This document shows, one piece after another, positions 14,255-29,128 of a DNA stretch of 64,000 nt. The stretch spans positions 186,001 through 250,000 of the forward strand of contig JAQGDQ010000315.1 in assembly GCA_030141605.1 (NCBI GenBank), in the 5' to 3' direction. The notes beneath the pieces were generated by a model that searched no databases, was not told the origin of the DNA, and saw nothing but the letters and a program-made list of their open reading frames with translations. The translations under genes and the position numbers were made by a program. Origin of the DNA: Tubiluchus corallicola (Eukaryota > Animalia > Priapulida). Position 1 is the stretch's first letter, and each line of letters begins with the position of its first letter.

Positions 14255-14690
14255 TAATTAGCAATCGAATTCTTTTTTCGAAATTTCAGACTTGAAATGA
14301 TCTTTAAAACTAGACAGAGTGTAAAAATCATGAATTTATTAAACGTAGCAAACATGCTAAAATACAGTAAAATTCCCAGACATGTTTCAATACCGGTGTC
14401 ACCGTCAGTGTTATGAATTGCGTGCAACAACAAAGCCACTTTTAAAGACAGGAGTTAATCAACAGTAACTTTGTAGAAGCCTGTATAAACTATGTTGATT
14501 GCATTAAGAGGTTTCTACATAAAAATTATTATGTGGAATACCTAGTGTCTTTAAAAGTTGCTTTGTTTCTAGGTGTTGAAACATGTCTGGGAATTTTTCC
14601 TTGTTTTAATGTGCTAGCTATAATTATTACTTTTTTTATTTTTATACTCTATTTGCTTTTAAAATTGCATTATTTCTCATTTAATTAACT
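14255..14690. mobile_element. Degenerate fold-back/MITE in the putative TEX261 3' UTR
   Basis: aaaattcccagacatgtttcaa (14369-14390) is inverted at 14576-14597, with an inner pair ttttaaagaca/tgtctttaaaa. Outer boundaries approximate. Confidence 0.6.
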
Positions 14691-15929
14691 AACTAAATTT
14701 AATTAATCTATTTATTATATTAATCAAGATTATTAATTGCGGGTTTGTACCATCATGCAAACTTTAAAGCATTTCTGAAGTTTCTAATGCCAGAGTTTTA
14801 TTCCAGCATATCTGCTAAATTTTAGTTTTTAATGACGATGTTGTGGCAAGAAAGATGGAAAATTCACAAGTCTTTGTGGTACTGGTTTTGTTATCAATGT
14901 CTTTGCAGCACAAATGTAAAAAAATTGAAGGAATACTCTCTGCAATCATTAATTTTGGGAATCAGATTTGATAAAACTGAAAAAATGATGTGAATAAGTT
15001 GGTTTCACCTAGACTTGAACTAGAGACCTATGGATTATAATACCAGTGATTATAACAAGTAAATCACACAGACTCTTGTGAATAAGGCAGGTGTTAATTC
15101 AATCGTAATTGCTCCCAGGGCCACCAGTCACTCCAGCTGTTACATCTCCAAATGTTTTTATTCGCATTTGTTTGCCAAACTTTATTTGCAAATATTTAAA
15201 TGCAAAGTATGTGCTGACGAACTAGAATAATCTTCATTTGCAATTAGTTCAGAGCTGCAAAGATTATAAAAATCAGTGTGAAGTTAGTTAATTATTTCTA
15301 ATCTTAATTTGATTCTTTTGATTAAGACAACAATTGGTTAATTGTAATAATCTTAAGAATGTGCAGTTAGTTGAAAAGAAATTGAGTGTATCTCACCATC
15401 CTGGTGTTGCATTTCGTCTTGAATTAACAGCTCTTATGCCTGGCACTTGTAAGTAATCATTATAATGTGGAATTTTCATCCTATACAACCTTTATTCTTA
15501 TTATTGTAAATATATCGACAGCACAGGATGCAATTATTATTATAAGTCACTTTGTACTTTTAGTTAACGTATCATTAAAACTACATAAATTCTGTAGATT
15601 TATCATTTTTCAGATGGGAAACCGTGGGATGTAGATTAATTGATATAATAGGCTTATGTTGAACATTATAACCACCTATTAATATCATTCTTCCTGTGCC
15701 TACTGAGTTTTATGTTTTTTTGTTTGTGATATTGTCTTGGCGTAATTGTCTTTAGTGATTTTCTCTGACATTAATTTCATGGACTTACGGTAATCAGATT
15801 TTGATGGTTGTTCATAAGAGGTATTTGTAAGATTGTGAATTTGTTTTCATCTGTTGCAGGACATGTGACTATAAGTTACTGCTGATTAATTCTTAAACAT
15901 GTATTTATTAAATTGTAGTCTTTTGTTTT

Positions 15930-15935
15930 AATAAA
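15930..15935 (+). terminator. Candidate TEX261 polyadenylation signal (would give a 3' UTR of about 2.4 kb)
   Basis: AATAAA after a long U-rich stretch. ATTAAA alternatives exist near 13.9 kb. Confidence 0.3.
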
Positions 15936-16299
15936 ATTTAGTAATTATATTCGATTCTTTGACAGACTTTGTAGCAATTTTCATTGACTTCACGTATGTA
16001 TTTACGATTTCTCCTCGTATTGCATCAACCAGAATATTTTAAAAAGCTAGAATTGTTGCTGATTCAGGCAGGTGCAAGTTACTGACTTTTATTGCTGTCA
16101 TTACATGGATGAATTATAATCATTTGGCTAGCAGAAAACAAAATCAAATTTTTCATTCCAAGAATTGAACCCTGAGCCCTCCGAATTCTGCTCAGACATT
16201 GCTACATCACAACGTATCACGCTATATCTCCCAGACCAGTTTTCTCTTGGAATGCAATGCTTACAGTTCTGCTTTTCTTTCTCTTTGCCTGTCTGTTTG

Positions 16300-16541
<242 letters not shown>

Positions 16542-17024
16542 CATCGATTTCTTCAGACGACTACCTATCTACATCTCTTGTCTTTACTCAACACAAATAC
16601 AGTCAGTTGGGCCTGCAGTCCCTTCTGGCTCTAAGCCAGCTTGAAGTAACCAGGAAATTATGATTACTGAGAAAGAGAAGCAGCGCGTATAGAAATAATT
16701 CTCAATGGAAAACTTACACGTGTTATTTGATCTCCCTTCTTCTTATTGCTTCATATATATGATGCTACCTTTTACTTGAGCTGATGATGGTCATTAGTGG
16801 TTCTGAATGAGAACAGAGAGTTCCAGAAATGACATCTCTCAGGAATAGGAAACATAATGGACTTGTTAGAGTATCCATTACCTGTGAGACGTGTGTCTGC
16901 ATTCTAGTTTATTAGTTAAGCGGCTTAACGTTGTCGTATATTATTATAATAGACAATGTCGAAATAGTTTCCTAGCTCAGTGCCACCGGCGGCCATCCAC
17001 ATATTTTTTAAATCAATTTGAATA

Positions 17025-17480
17025 TTCATTCATCCGTCTCATTTACACATTATATCAATGTACAAACAACATTTAATCATGAATAATGTTACATTGAGAC
17101 GGGCTGGCGAGAGACCAAGAGCTCATGCCTAGCAACCTCCCCTATTTACACGACGTTAATACTAGTTTGGGGTAAGCGTATGACACTAGTAGCGGCTTGT
17201 TGCGAGACATACGCAATTATTATAAATATTAGTGGTATAAATTTAACAGTAGAAAAAACATGTATCAAAATAACCAAATTTAAAAACAATAATAATAACT
17301 ATGCATCAAAATACAATATTGTGTAAGGTAAATAATATTGGTCTTAACAATATTCAAAAAACGTTAAATATACGATATATTCAAAGACTGTCATCAACGC
17401 CCCCACCCTCCGTTGACTTTCTAGAAATTATTTGTGACATCTGTAGTGCTTTACAGGTAGGAAAGCTTTTTAGCCTTTGC
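17025..17480 (-). mobile_element. Probable LINE/SINE 3' remnant; related short copy at about 53345-53402
   Basis: cattgagacgggctggcgagagacc...cccctattta resembles cattgagacggattggcgaaagacc...cccctattta at 53.35 kb. Class and strand are inferred. Confidence 0.4.
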
Positions 17481-19080
17481 TCGTAATTCTTTAATACTAA
17501 CGTGTATATACATACATAAATCCACATATATATATATTTAATATATATATTAAATTATATTATATTATATATATATAGAACTTTGCCAAGAAATGGCGGG
17601 CCCATTGTGGTTGAAACTGGGTCATGCAGTGAAGTGACCCATTGCCAGCTCCTGGCATAACGTATTAATTTAGTTACGTGTCTTTACACATCTTTTTCGG
17701 TCCATTTTGGTACTTTTTGATTTCAAGCGAATATACATATAGTTGCAGAATAATTTGTAGCTGTAGTCATTAGAAGCCAAATATGAAATACACACTAGAA
17801 ATTTGTTAGAAATGTAAATAATCAATTGTTTGTTCTGCACTTTCAATGAATTTTTGATGTCTTTCTATAAAACGAGGAGTTATCGTAAAAATTCGTTTAT
17901 TGCAGGATATTAACACGCTAGATTAACGATGTTTTCACGCTTTGATTGAAGAAAACGTGTACAGAAGATTTAATAGCGGACATAAACGTTCTACTAAAAG
18001 TGATTCCCACGATACCTGCAGTATTTATTGAAGATAATGAAAGCCATTTGAAGGGAAACTGAAATTTCTTGCAAGAATTAAGGGATTTGAGATAATCACA
18101 TCACAATTCATAATTTGTTTGTGCCAAAAAATAGATTTAAAACAAAAAATAAGACTTAAACACAAGTATTTCGTTTTGCTACACGACGGTTCCACATAGT
18201 TGTTAGAAAGACGGTTATAACTGTAAAAAAACTTGTAAATTGACTCTAATTTAAATCATTTAATGTTTATTTTGACAACTAGATCACATTGAAAGATTAC
18301 AATACATTAATCTTGCAATTCTGCAATAGCATTGTAAACCTAATCATAAGAAACATGGTGCTAAAAGGGCTATGCAAGTGGTGTACTTCAGAAGGAAGGG
18401 AAAGCTGGCGTGGTGTATATATTTATGTATATACATACACCTATAGATAAACAATTATAAATCTACATTCAGTGCAGTTCCACTTGATAAATTTTTATTA
18501 TAACTGCTCTACTGGCTAATAACGCAGACTGTCTAAAATCAGACAGTAAGCTTTAGTTAACAAAAAATAACAAGGCAGAATGGACGCTGCTTTTACTCTC
18601 TTTCATTAACAAAGAGAGGAAAAAGTAACGTTTATACCTCTTCGTTATTTTTATTAAAGCCCGGAGCTTATCGTCCCTCATTAGCCCATTAACCCACATT
18701 GGTAATGAAATAAATTACATCTAATCAGAAGGCAATTTGTTCGATGATAATTTACTAATTTTAATTAATAATAGTAATTAAAATTACTATAGCCAAACCC
18801 CAGAAAAAGAATTTGGCGCATAAACTTACAACTCACCCACGTTACGTATATGGTACCACACCTAATAAATCAAACTATCCACACCACCAGACACAAATTC
18901 TAGCCAAACCAGGCAAGAAAGTTTCTACATAAAATCCACAATGACAACCCACACAACACAGCATCCCCACTGACATGTTATCATCGTCGTCGTCGTCATC
19001 GTCACTATTGGCAGCAGCAGTGGCGTGGTGTGAATGGTATGGTCTAGTAGTGAAATCTTTAAAAAGGCAAAATAAAAATA

Positions 19081-19625
<545 letters not shown>

Positions 19626-19825
19626 ACTACATCCACCATACCATTAACACCATGCTACGCCCACCACAACAAACCACCCACACTGTGCCTTTGCTACCAA
19701 TGGTGACGATGATGAATGATGACGACAACGAAATAACAATGACAACTACAGCTGCAGCAACAACAACAATAAAATAGCAGGTTGACGAAACTAGTTGATA
19801 TCACAAACAGTTTTATACCGTTGTG

Positions 19826-21837
19826 CACCTAAACAAGTGTAGTTAAATCAGGATTTTGTTGTGTGCTACCCAGTCTGAGAGATGGAAGTAAATGCCACCT
19901 AAACAAGTGTAGTTAAATCAGGATTTTGTTGTGTGCTACCCAGTCTGAGAGATGGAAGTAAATGCCACCTAAACAAGTGTAGTTAAATCAGGATTTTGTT
20001 GTGTGCTACCCAGTCTGAGAGATGAAAGTAAACCACCAAACAAAAAACAAATGTGTGCTACCCAGTCTGAGAGATGGAAGTAAATGCCACCTAAACAAGT
20101 GTAGTTAAATCAGGATTTTGTTGTGTGCTACCCAGTCTGAGAGATGAAAGTAAATGCCACCTAAACAAGTGTAGTTAAATCAGGATTTTGTTGTGTGCTA
20201 CCCAATCTGAGAGATGGAAGTAAATGCCACCTAAACAAGTGTAGTTAAATCAGGATTTTGTTGTGTGCTACCCAGTCTGAGAGATGGAAGTAAATGCCAC
20301 CTAAACAAGTGTAGTTAAATCAGAATTTTGTTGGTGCTACCCAGTCTGAGAGATGGAAGTAAATGCCACCTAAACAATGTAGTTAAATCAGAATTTTGTT
20401 GTGTGCTACCCAGTCTGAGAGATGGAAGTAAATGCCACCTAAACAAGTGTAGTTACATCAGGATTTTGTTGTGTGCTACCCAGTCTGAGAGATGGAAGTA
20501 AATGCCACCTAAACAAGTGTAGTTAAATCAGAATTTTGTTGTGTGCTACCCAGTCTGAGAGATGGAAGTAAATGCCACCTAAACAATTGTAGTTAAATCA
20601 GGATTTTGTTGTGTGCTACCCAGTCTGAGAGATGGAAGTAAATGCCACCTAAACAAGTGTAGTTAAATCAGAATTTTGTTGGGTGCTACCCAGTCTGAGA
20701 GATGGAAGTAAATGCCATCTAAACAATTGTAGTTAAATCAGAATTTTGTTGTGTGCTACCCAGTCTGAGAGATGGAAGTAAATGCCACCTAAACAAGTGT
20801 AGTTAAATCAGAATTTTGTTGTGTGCTACCCAGTCTGAGAGATGGAAGTAAATGCCACCTAAACAAGTGTAGTTACATCAGAATTTTGTTGTGTGCTACC
20901 CAGTCTGAGAGATGGAAGTAAATGCCACCTAAACAAGTGTAGTTACATCAGGATTTTGTTGTGTGCTACCCAGTCTGAGAGATGGAAGTAAATGCCATCT
21001 AAACAAGTGTAGTTAAATCAGAATTTTGTTGTGTGCTACCCAGTCTGAGAGATGGAAGTAAATGCCACCTAAACAATTGTAGTTAAATCAGGATTTTGTT
21101 GTGTGCTACCCAGTCTGAGAGATGGAAGTAAATGCCACCTAAACAAGTGTAGTTAAATCAGAATTTTGTTGTGTACTACCCAGTCTGAGAGATGGAAGTA
21201 AATGCCACCTAAACAAGTGTAGTTACATCAGGATTTTGTTGTGTGCTACCCAGTCTGAGAGATGGAAGTAAATGCCATCTAAACAAGTGTAGTTAAATCA
21301 GAATTTTGTTGTGTGCTACCCAGTCTGAGAGATGGAAGTAAATGCCACCTAAACAATTGTAGTTAAATCAGAATTTTGTTGTGTGCTACCCAGTCTGAGA
21401 GATGGAAGTAAATGCCACCTAAACAATTGTAGTTAAATCAGAATTTTGTTGTGCGCTACCCAGTCTGAGAGATGGAAGTAAATGCCACCTAAACAATTGT
21501 AGTTAAATCAGAATTTTGTTGTGTGCTACCCAGTCTGAGAGATGGAAGTAAATGTCACCTAAACAATTGTAGTTAAATCAGAATTTTGTTGTGTGCTACC
21601 CAGTCTGAGAGATGGAAGTAAATGCCACCTAAACAAGTGTAGTTAAATCAGGATTTTGTTGTGTGCTACCCAGTCTGAGAGATGGAAGTAAATGCCACCT
21701 AAACAATTGTAGTTAAATCAGAATTTTGTTGTGTGCTACCCAGTCTGAGAGATGGAAGTAAATGCCACCTAAACAATTGTAGTTAAATCAGAATTTTGTT
21801 GTGTGCTAACCAGTCTGAGAGATGGAAGCAAATGCCA
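19826..21837. repeat. 70-bp satellite, about 29 copies, highly homogeneous
   Basis: Unit cacctaaacaagtgtagttaaatcaggattttgttgtgtgctacccagtctgagagatggaagtaaatgc. One truncated unit near 20035. Confidence 0.98.
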
Positions 21838-22605
21838 TTACAAATTCAGCCTCACCGGGAAAATCATTCTTATTCATTTCTCGGTTTATTTCGGGCAACG
21901 ATGTGAAACAAAACTAATTTATTTGTGAGATTAAATGTGTTTATTTCCTCGCTGCTGTTCATTAATTTCATGTTTGCAGCTTACTGAAGCGCGTTCTTAA
22001 TTCTGCACTGACGATTTTAGGAAATTACGCGTTATATGCGTGCGTTTCATAAATTTATTTCCATTTGAACAAGATCTTACCCACTTCATTTTTCTCTAGA
22101 TATCAGAAGGGTGTAACCGGGAACACGATTCGACAGACTGTTTTGTACTGTTATTCATATCCCATAAGCACTCGGTTATTTAAAAACTGAACTTAAAAAA
22201 CCGGATTTCCTAAATCGGAACGTTTCTGAAGAATTTCTGCAAAGAATCCGACAAACTTAACTGGGTTTTTGAATCTGTCAGCAGATAATATTTGTCCTAA
22301 GGAGAAATAGGTTAGCATAGCACTAGTAACCAGCCAATTAATTAGCGTCGTTATCAAGATTGTTTTCAGTCTTTAGACAGTGTGTTTTGAAATTTTTGTA
22401 AAACCGTTTCCAAGAAAATAAAAAAATCGGTATTGGTTCGGATCGGTTTTTCTGGTTCAACGAAAACACCATTGTTCACCTCTTTGGATTACTATAACAT
22501 ATAATCTAAAAAGTCATTTCTTGATGTAAAGAATCTTTTACTAAAGTTTATGAGGAGTTTACTGAAAATAGGCGCTTAAAAGTAGTTGTTGCCAAGTACC
22601 ACTTA

Positions 22606-23091
22606 TAGACATAGACATAGACACAGACAGACACTGACACAGACACAGACAGACACTGACACAGACACAGACAGACACTGACACTGATACAGACACAGAT
22701 GCAGACACTGACACAGACAGACACAGACACAGACAGACACCGACACAGACACAGACAGACACTGACACCGACACTGACACAGACGCAGACACAGACAGAC
22801 ACTGACACTGACACAGACACAGACAGACACTGACAGACAGACACTGATACAGACAGACACTGTCAGACAGACACTGACACTGACACAGACACAGACAGAC
22901 ACTGACAGACAGACACAGACACTGACAGACAGACACTGACACGGACACTGACACAGACAGATACTGACACTGACACAAACACAGACAGACACAGACAGAC
23001 ACTGACACAGGCAGACACAGACACAGACAGACACTGACACCGACACAGACGCAGACACAGACGCAGACACAGACACAGACAGACACTGACA
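22606..23091. repeat. Complex (GACACA)/(GACA)/(GACACT) microsatellite
   Basis: Direct reading. Confidence 0.95.
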
Positions 23092-23106
23092 CTTTATTGG
23101 TCATAC

Positions 23107-23191
23107 GTACTACACATGAAAAGCATGAAATTGTCGTTTCAGTTTTGCACAGATTAATTAGTGAAAAGCCGTTAGCGCAACAAATTCGCAA
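23107..23191 (-). CDS. Candidate exon of unidentified minus-strand gene
   Basis: Strong tttattttacag acceptor, gtatga donor, open frame LRICCANGFSLINLCKTETTISCFSCVV. Link to upstream exons unresolved. Confidence 0.3.
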
Positions 23192-23859
23192 CTGTAAAAT
23201 AAATTCAATTGTACATATAAATCTAAACAGTACAATTGAAATGAAGCTTAAATAAAGTTTATAATAGGAAAGAAGTGCGCTGCAGTAATTAATATCACTG
23301 TCCTTTCTATTGCGTATTAAAAGTGGTTTGACTGCTTGATTAAAATTATCGCATTACTGGATCTCTTGCGCATTTCTTACCTCAATTAAAACATTTTTAA
23401 GAAAACTTAATTTAGTTATTTATGTCTGCTGCAAGGTTTGTCATTTTCAATAATTATGACGTTCTAAAAATTTCACACGGGATCGTTAGTCTGATTCAGC
23501 AATTATATTGACAACTGACTCTGAGTCTTAATGAACAGCAATTACTGGCAGTGCAGCAATAATAAATGAACATGGGGTAGAGTCACATGCTCTTTTAATG
23601 ACATTCTAATTGCTCAGCAAATTCACTCAGGAAACTGTTTCAACGTTTTGAATGCAGCCCTGTAACTTTGTGTTATTTTGATTATTTTTGACTTGACAAA
23701 ACTCGTTAAGTGGTCTTTCTGTGTCTCTAGGATACGTATCGTAATAATTTTCCTGTTCAAAAATGTTAATAATTAATGAAAACTTATGACTGACGATTGT
23801 ACGAAGCAAATAAATAAGGAGTCTAAAAACGATTACGCATGTGTTATAATATCATACAC

Positions 23860-24495
23860 AAAGAAGTGGATTTAGACTCTGACATGTTTTTATCCGTGCA
23901 ACAACCCATAACACGAGGTGGATCTACCTCTAAAACTATATTTGAGACGTGTTTCCAAGACTCGTTTTACTCAAGTCTTGTAGTGCCAATATGGAATTCC
24001 TTACCATCACATATAAATGAACAATTCTTTGGTCACTGCAATGAATGCCAAATTATTTCGGTAACAACGTTTATTTAAACGCATTGGTTTTTCAAAAACT
24101 TTCTCTCTAGGATAATAATGTGGTTATTAGTTCCCACCTGTATATGTGTATATCTGCAGTGCACACCTCCATATAGTCTAATCAAGTGTTGCCTCTTCAC
24201 AAATGCTTAGCGAATGTTTTAAAACATTTATCATTTCTCTCTACCGATCACATCTGTTTACATCGTAATATGAAATACTACCAAAGCCCACTGTAAGTCA
24301 CACTAACTATTAGTAATATCTTGTTTTTTCCTAATTACTAAACCTAGTGACCTAACATAAGCTTGCTTCTTAGGTCTCTAGTGCAGAATTCATGAATTAT
24401 ATCCTAATTTTGTATCAACAAAAAATTGATTATCAATGTGCTTGTAATGCATAAGTATTTGTTCATTGGGAAATAAATCTATTGAATTGAATTGA
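23860..24495 (+). mobile_element. CR1/L2-like LINE 3' remnant
   Basis: TRGG...SFYSSLVVPIWNSLPSHI resembles the ORF2 C-terminal WNxLP motif. Followed by a UTR ending aataaa plus an (attga)n tail. Confidence 0.65.
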
Positions 24496-24626
24496 TCTAA
24501 ATCAGTATTTGCATTATGATAGATACATGTAAACGAACTGCATTGTTTATGGGTGTCAAATAAACTAAACTAAACCAAATAAAACGATTTTTAGCATCGC
24601 TGGTTTTCATTTTTAATTTTACTTAC

Positions 24627-24714
24627 TAGTTTTTGCGTGCGAAGGGACTAAATGAGTGATTACAGTAAGCAATGTTACATGTAGATGTTCGAGTGGCCTA
24701 GGTTTACGGTTATT
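24627..24714 (-). CDS. Candidate exon of unidentified minus-strand gene
   Basis: catcag/gtaagt, phase 0 to 1. NNRKPRPLEHLHVTLLTVITHLVPSHAKT, in phase with exon 24984-25114. Confidence 0.45.
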
Positions 24715-24983
24715 CTGATGAACGCTAAGACACATACATACTTCTAGAGTAAGGTCTATACGCATGTACATAGATAGGTACATAGTGCACATCTTCATAC
24801 ACATAGAACGCACATTTGTAGCCTGCATATATGCTTAATCCATACATAATTATCAAACGGGCCTAGCGTTGCTTAACTTCCATTGCTAATCATATACCGT
24901 GATCATTTTATTATTTGCCGTACAATGATTTATGTTTGTTTCATTACGTGTTTTCAAATGGCAGTGTCTTATCACACTAATAC

Positions 24984-25114
24984 CTCAGACGTTTTTCGCC
25001 GCGGGTGCTGGGCTGCGGGCACTGACGTTGAAGTAGTATGGGATGTAGGCACTGAATTCGTGGGAGTCAAGTTTGTGATCAACAAAATGTCCTCTGTAGT
25101 TAAATTGATATGAT
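24984..25114 (-). CDS. Candidate exon of unidentified minus-strand gene
   Basis: atacag/gag|gtatta, GC-richer than flanks. Phase 1 to 0 gives (D)HINLTTEDILLITNLTPTNSVPTSHTTSTSVPAAQHPRRKTSE. An alternative frame reads SYQFNYRGHF...AKNV-stop. Confidence 0.5.
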
Positions 25115-28100
25115 CTGTATGGGTTGGTTATGTTTATCAGTTACACTTAGAAGAAATCCTGTCACTAGCTGTCCTACACAACAATGGCATCCAATCACGT
25201 TTTGCTAGCATGAAATTGAATTTTCAGTTGCAATGGCGAAGGTCTAAATGTCGTTACCTATAAAAATCTATGCTGCAGAGAAAAGTATTTCATAGTTAAA
25301 CAAACAATGTAAGTCATAAAGACCGTTAATTGGATGTCTGTGGAAAATATCGACAGATTTCATCGTATGTTTTGGCTGGAATCGTTGCTATAGTTGCTAG
25401 CATTCAGTGTTTCATATTGTGTTAAAGAATCCCAAGTAACATACGCCAGTGGCAGGGCAACTGGGCAACGTTGTGCAGACACAATTAAATTTTAAGAAAA
25501 CAAGAAACAAAAACTGACATTGGGCGATGTAGCGTAACGCACGACTCCAAGCAGGAGGTTGGGCCGAGTTAAAGGACAAGAAATGAGGTACTTGAAGTAG
25601 GTTTCAGAAAAATCACCTTAAAATTATATTACTTTCTAGCAATTTTGTGCGTACATCGTACTCGCGTCGAAAGGATTTTTTTGTTTGTTTCATTTGAAAT
25701 TTCCCCGCAATACTGTTCCGACCGCGCCATTATACGAGCAACTTAAATCAGGCGAAAAAAGGAAATGTTAAACTATGTCCCCCAAAAAAACTTCTGCAAA
25801 ATTATGTTACTTAGCATTTCGCTGACCTGCCAGAAAGACTTATGTAACTATATGTAATATATTGCAGACTTATGTAATTAGAAAACCAAATTATTAATTA
25901 TTTAAAATGTTTTTCACCAATTGGTAAAATGTAGTTGACTCAACCTCCAGGCTGCACCACTGATTAACAAAAAACGTATTTTTAATGTTATTGATAAGAT
26001 ACAGTAATTTTACATTTTACTTAGTTAGTGTCGTGTACGCTACGAATGCTCTGATTATATTTTCAAAATTTACAGAATGTTATCAAAACTTGTTACAAAT
26101 GATCTGTGGTCAAAAAGGGCTACGTCTGACGGTCATCGGGGGTGTTTAAATATAGATGTTTTATGCAGCGTTACAACCGACGCAAATCCTGCATGCAAAA
26201 AGGCAGTACGTAAGTGGTACAAAATTTCAAGACGAATTTTTAAGCTTTATGTAAGTGTAGGGTTTTCTTGTGATTTGATGCATAAACAGACTACGCACGT
26301 GCTTAGAGCATCAAGCTGGCAAAAAAATTTGAAAACAGGTAAAATTTTAAGAAAGTATGTTAACATAAAAGTTAAATAAAGTTGATAGCAACATTAGTCC
26401 ATTGTGTTATTGAAAACTGTTGATGATATCTTCACACTATTTTATGTTAGACTATTATAGGTTGTCTTTGATATTTACTTACGTTAAGTAATTCCAATAA
26501 TCAGTAGCTTATAGGCTATAGTTTTTGCTTAATGGCTGGCATTTTGTAGTTGATTTATTTAATTGGAATTTCATTTTGAAATCAATGAATAATTTAAGTA
26601 GCATAAGTCCTATATAGAGTAATTGAATATGTTTTATATATAATGTCGTATAATTTGTGTCACAATATACGTACGCTTTGACCTGCGAAACGTGCTCGCA
26701 GTCAGGCGAAGTAAAGGAGAGAGCTGGGGCACCAGGTGCTGGGTGTGCTTAGTGTTATACAATGGTAGTACTGGTCTGCTAATTAAGTAATTTATCAGCT
26801 AATTAATCCCTGACAACGAGAGCTTATGTTGGGTCGAAACGGTAATGATGAATTCCAAATCGACATTGAAGCATGAAATACGTGCTGTGAAGTAGGTCTT
26901 TGTCTTTCAAGTTTACTAGCACGGCTCTGCAATAAGCCTTTTCAGTGTGATGATGCTTTGTGCCCGGCTGGTAAAATAGATTGTGCATCTACAGAATTGT
27001 TGTAGTCTTTAAGTGAGCTCTCGATTATAGTTAACGCTAAGATTTTCATTAACAGTTTCAAACATAATTTATTATTTTAACAGAATTCAGAATTGCCAAA
27101 CATCAGTAAACAATCAGAATCCAAACTTGGTTCGAAATATAATATAACAGTGGATTAACAAATTATCGCTTTAGTAATTTGCCAAGATTACAAACCAACT
27201 TCTTAACTACTGCTACTTTAAGCTGTATTTAACAACAGTGCACAACTACAAATAATCAAATACAATCTTCCACGTATTAACAAAAATACGATAAGTAAAA
27301 ATCACTTAATTCTGGGACTAGCTAATTTATAAGGTCCAGTAATTGCCCCAGTCCTGTTCCTATTAAGAGCTGTTATCTGTGCCTCAGTGGTTGGCTTGAT
27401 CCAACTATGCAGAAGTCATCTACGCTGATAGCAATGGAAAGTTCAGCTCCTACCGTCAGAACGTACGACAGAGAGTTCACACCTTGTCACCTTCTTGATA
27501 TCAATGCCCAAGTCTCAACCTCCTCCTTCTCCTTCAACCTTTCCTTTATAAAAGCTATATAACTTTGTGTTTGTCTAGTCAGCATATTTGAAAACTATTT
27601 TATGTATTATTATTGTGCAAGTCAGTAGATTTATCTTCATTCAATAAGCCTAGTCATGATGAAGTTAAAGTCAAAATCAAAATGTGTTTAATTCTTGTTA
27701 TTGATTCACTGTATTCTTAAACCAAAATGATATAATATAACATAACAAATATGAAATGTTTTTCACTCAAAATTAAAATGTTAATTTTAGTTTATGCAAG
27801 ATCGACCCTATTCTATTGAGCCAATAATTTATAGTATTTTCTTTATTTTGAATTACTTAATTATATTGTAAATGTCACAATTTTAAAAATTAAAAATGTT
27901 TCTTAAATTAAGTTGACGTCATTAACTCTCATGCCCACCAGTATATAATGATCATTAATTTTTTTATATTCGGTAAAGGATAGCAGACTAGGTGACTTTA
28001 TAATCTCTTCGCTATCCTTTCTCTAGTCAGACACGAGAGGGTAAGATCAGCTACAAAAACTTCTAGTAATATCGAGCATGTACTAACATTATTATGGATT

Positions 28101-28120
28101 TGAAAAATACGTATTTTTAC

Positions 28121-28277
28121 CATATAGTTTAGCTGCCATTGTGGCTGCGTATTTTGTGAAGGATTGCGTAGGCTTAACTACATATTCACTAATGCAACAG
28201 CCTCGTGTATCGAGCACTACGACAAAGGTCTGTGTTTGTGCCTCCTCTTTAGAACTGCATCTGAAGCTACACGTGAA
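28121..28277 (-). CDS. Candidate exon of unidentified minus-strand gene
   Basis: tttcttaatgtag/gtaaaa, 52 open codons FTCSFRCSSKEEAQTQTFVVVLDTRGCCISEYVVKPTQSFTKYAATMAAKLY, phase 0 to 1. Confidence 0.5.
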
Positions 28278-28475
28278 CTACATTAAGAAAGCAGCATAAT
28301 AATTGACGGATTGATACAAGTGTGCCTATCGTTGCAATTACACTCCATTAGTTGTTTTGCTTCTGAAAAATAATGTCTCATTAGTCTTATCAGTGTCGAC
28401 TGTTTTCTCAATTGCTTAGGGAAAAGCAAGGTCTACCGTACTGAAGAGCAAGAAGCAGTTATAATGAAGTCAGAG

Positions 28476-28516
28476 GCAGCAGCAACAGCACCATCATCAG
28501 CAGCAGCAACAGTAGT

Positions 28517-28578
<62 letters not shown>

Positions 28579-28602
28579 CAACAACAACAACAACAGCAGC
28601 AG

Positions 28603-28638
<36 letters not shown>

Positions 28639-28784
28639 TAACAACAGTAGCAGCAGCAGCAACAGCAGCAGGAGCAGCAGCAGCAACAACAACAGCAATC
28701 ATCATCATCAGCAGCAGCAGTAGCAGCAGCAGCAGTAGTAGTAGCAGCAGCAGCAGTAACAACAACAACAACAGCATCATCATC

Positions 28785-28843
<59 letters not shown>

Positions 28844-28897
28844 CAGCAGGAGCAGCAGCAGCAATACCAGCAGGAGCAGCAGCAGCAGCAGGAGCAG
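28476..28897. repeat. Interrupted (CAG)n/(CAA)n tract
   Basis: Direct reading. Confidence 0.95.
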
Positions 28898-29128
28898 TGT
28901 CAAAATTTATTACAATCAAACGTGGGCCTGTTTAGAGTTCCCGAATTTTTAAAAGCTTTTTGTAAATCGTATGCTGCGCAATTTGCTCTTTAAACGATTT
29001 TAGCATATACACCAGACAAACTAATACGTCCTTTATTTGTTCATAAATGTTGAACCACCGTATAGGAAATCGGCAATCAATTCCATCGTGGTATTCGAGA
29101 AAACTTGAAGAATGTCAGGTGCTGTTAG

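Noticed and set aside
14998-16220. tRNA-like B-box motifs (minus strand at about 15020 and 16165; plus strand at about 4560)
   Set aside because: No cloverleaf can be folded. At most decayed SINE heads.
23380-23752. Additional minus-strand exons (about 23752-23627 and a 25-nt microexon at about 23405-23381)
   Set aside because: Two frames are similarly open, the phase does not match the exon ending at 24627 without an early stop, and the microexon acceptor is weak.
28464-28952. Poly-Ala/Ser/Gln ORFs
   Set aside because: Microsatellite translation, as are the ERER, SLSL, HTHT, LTYL and YVCM ORFs elsewhere.
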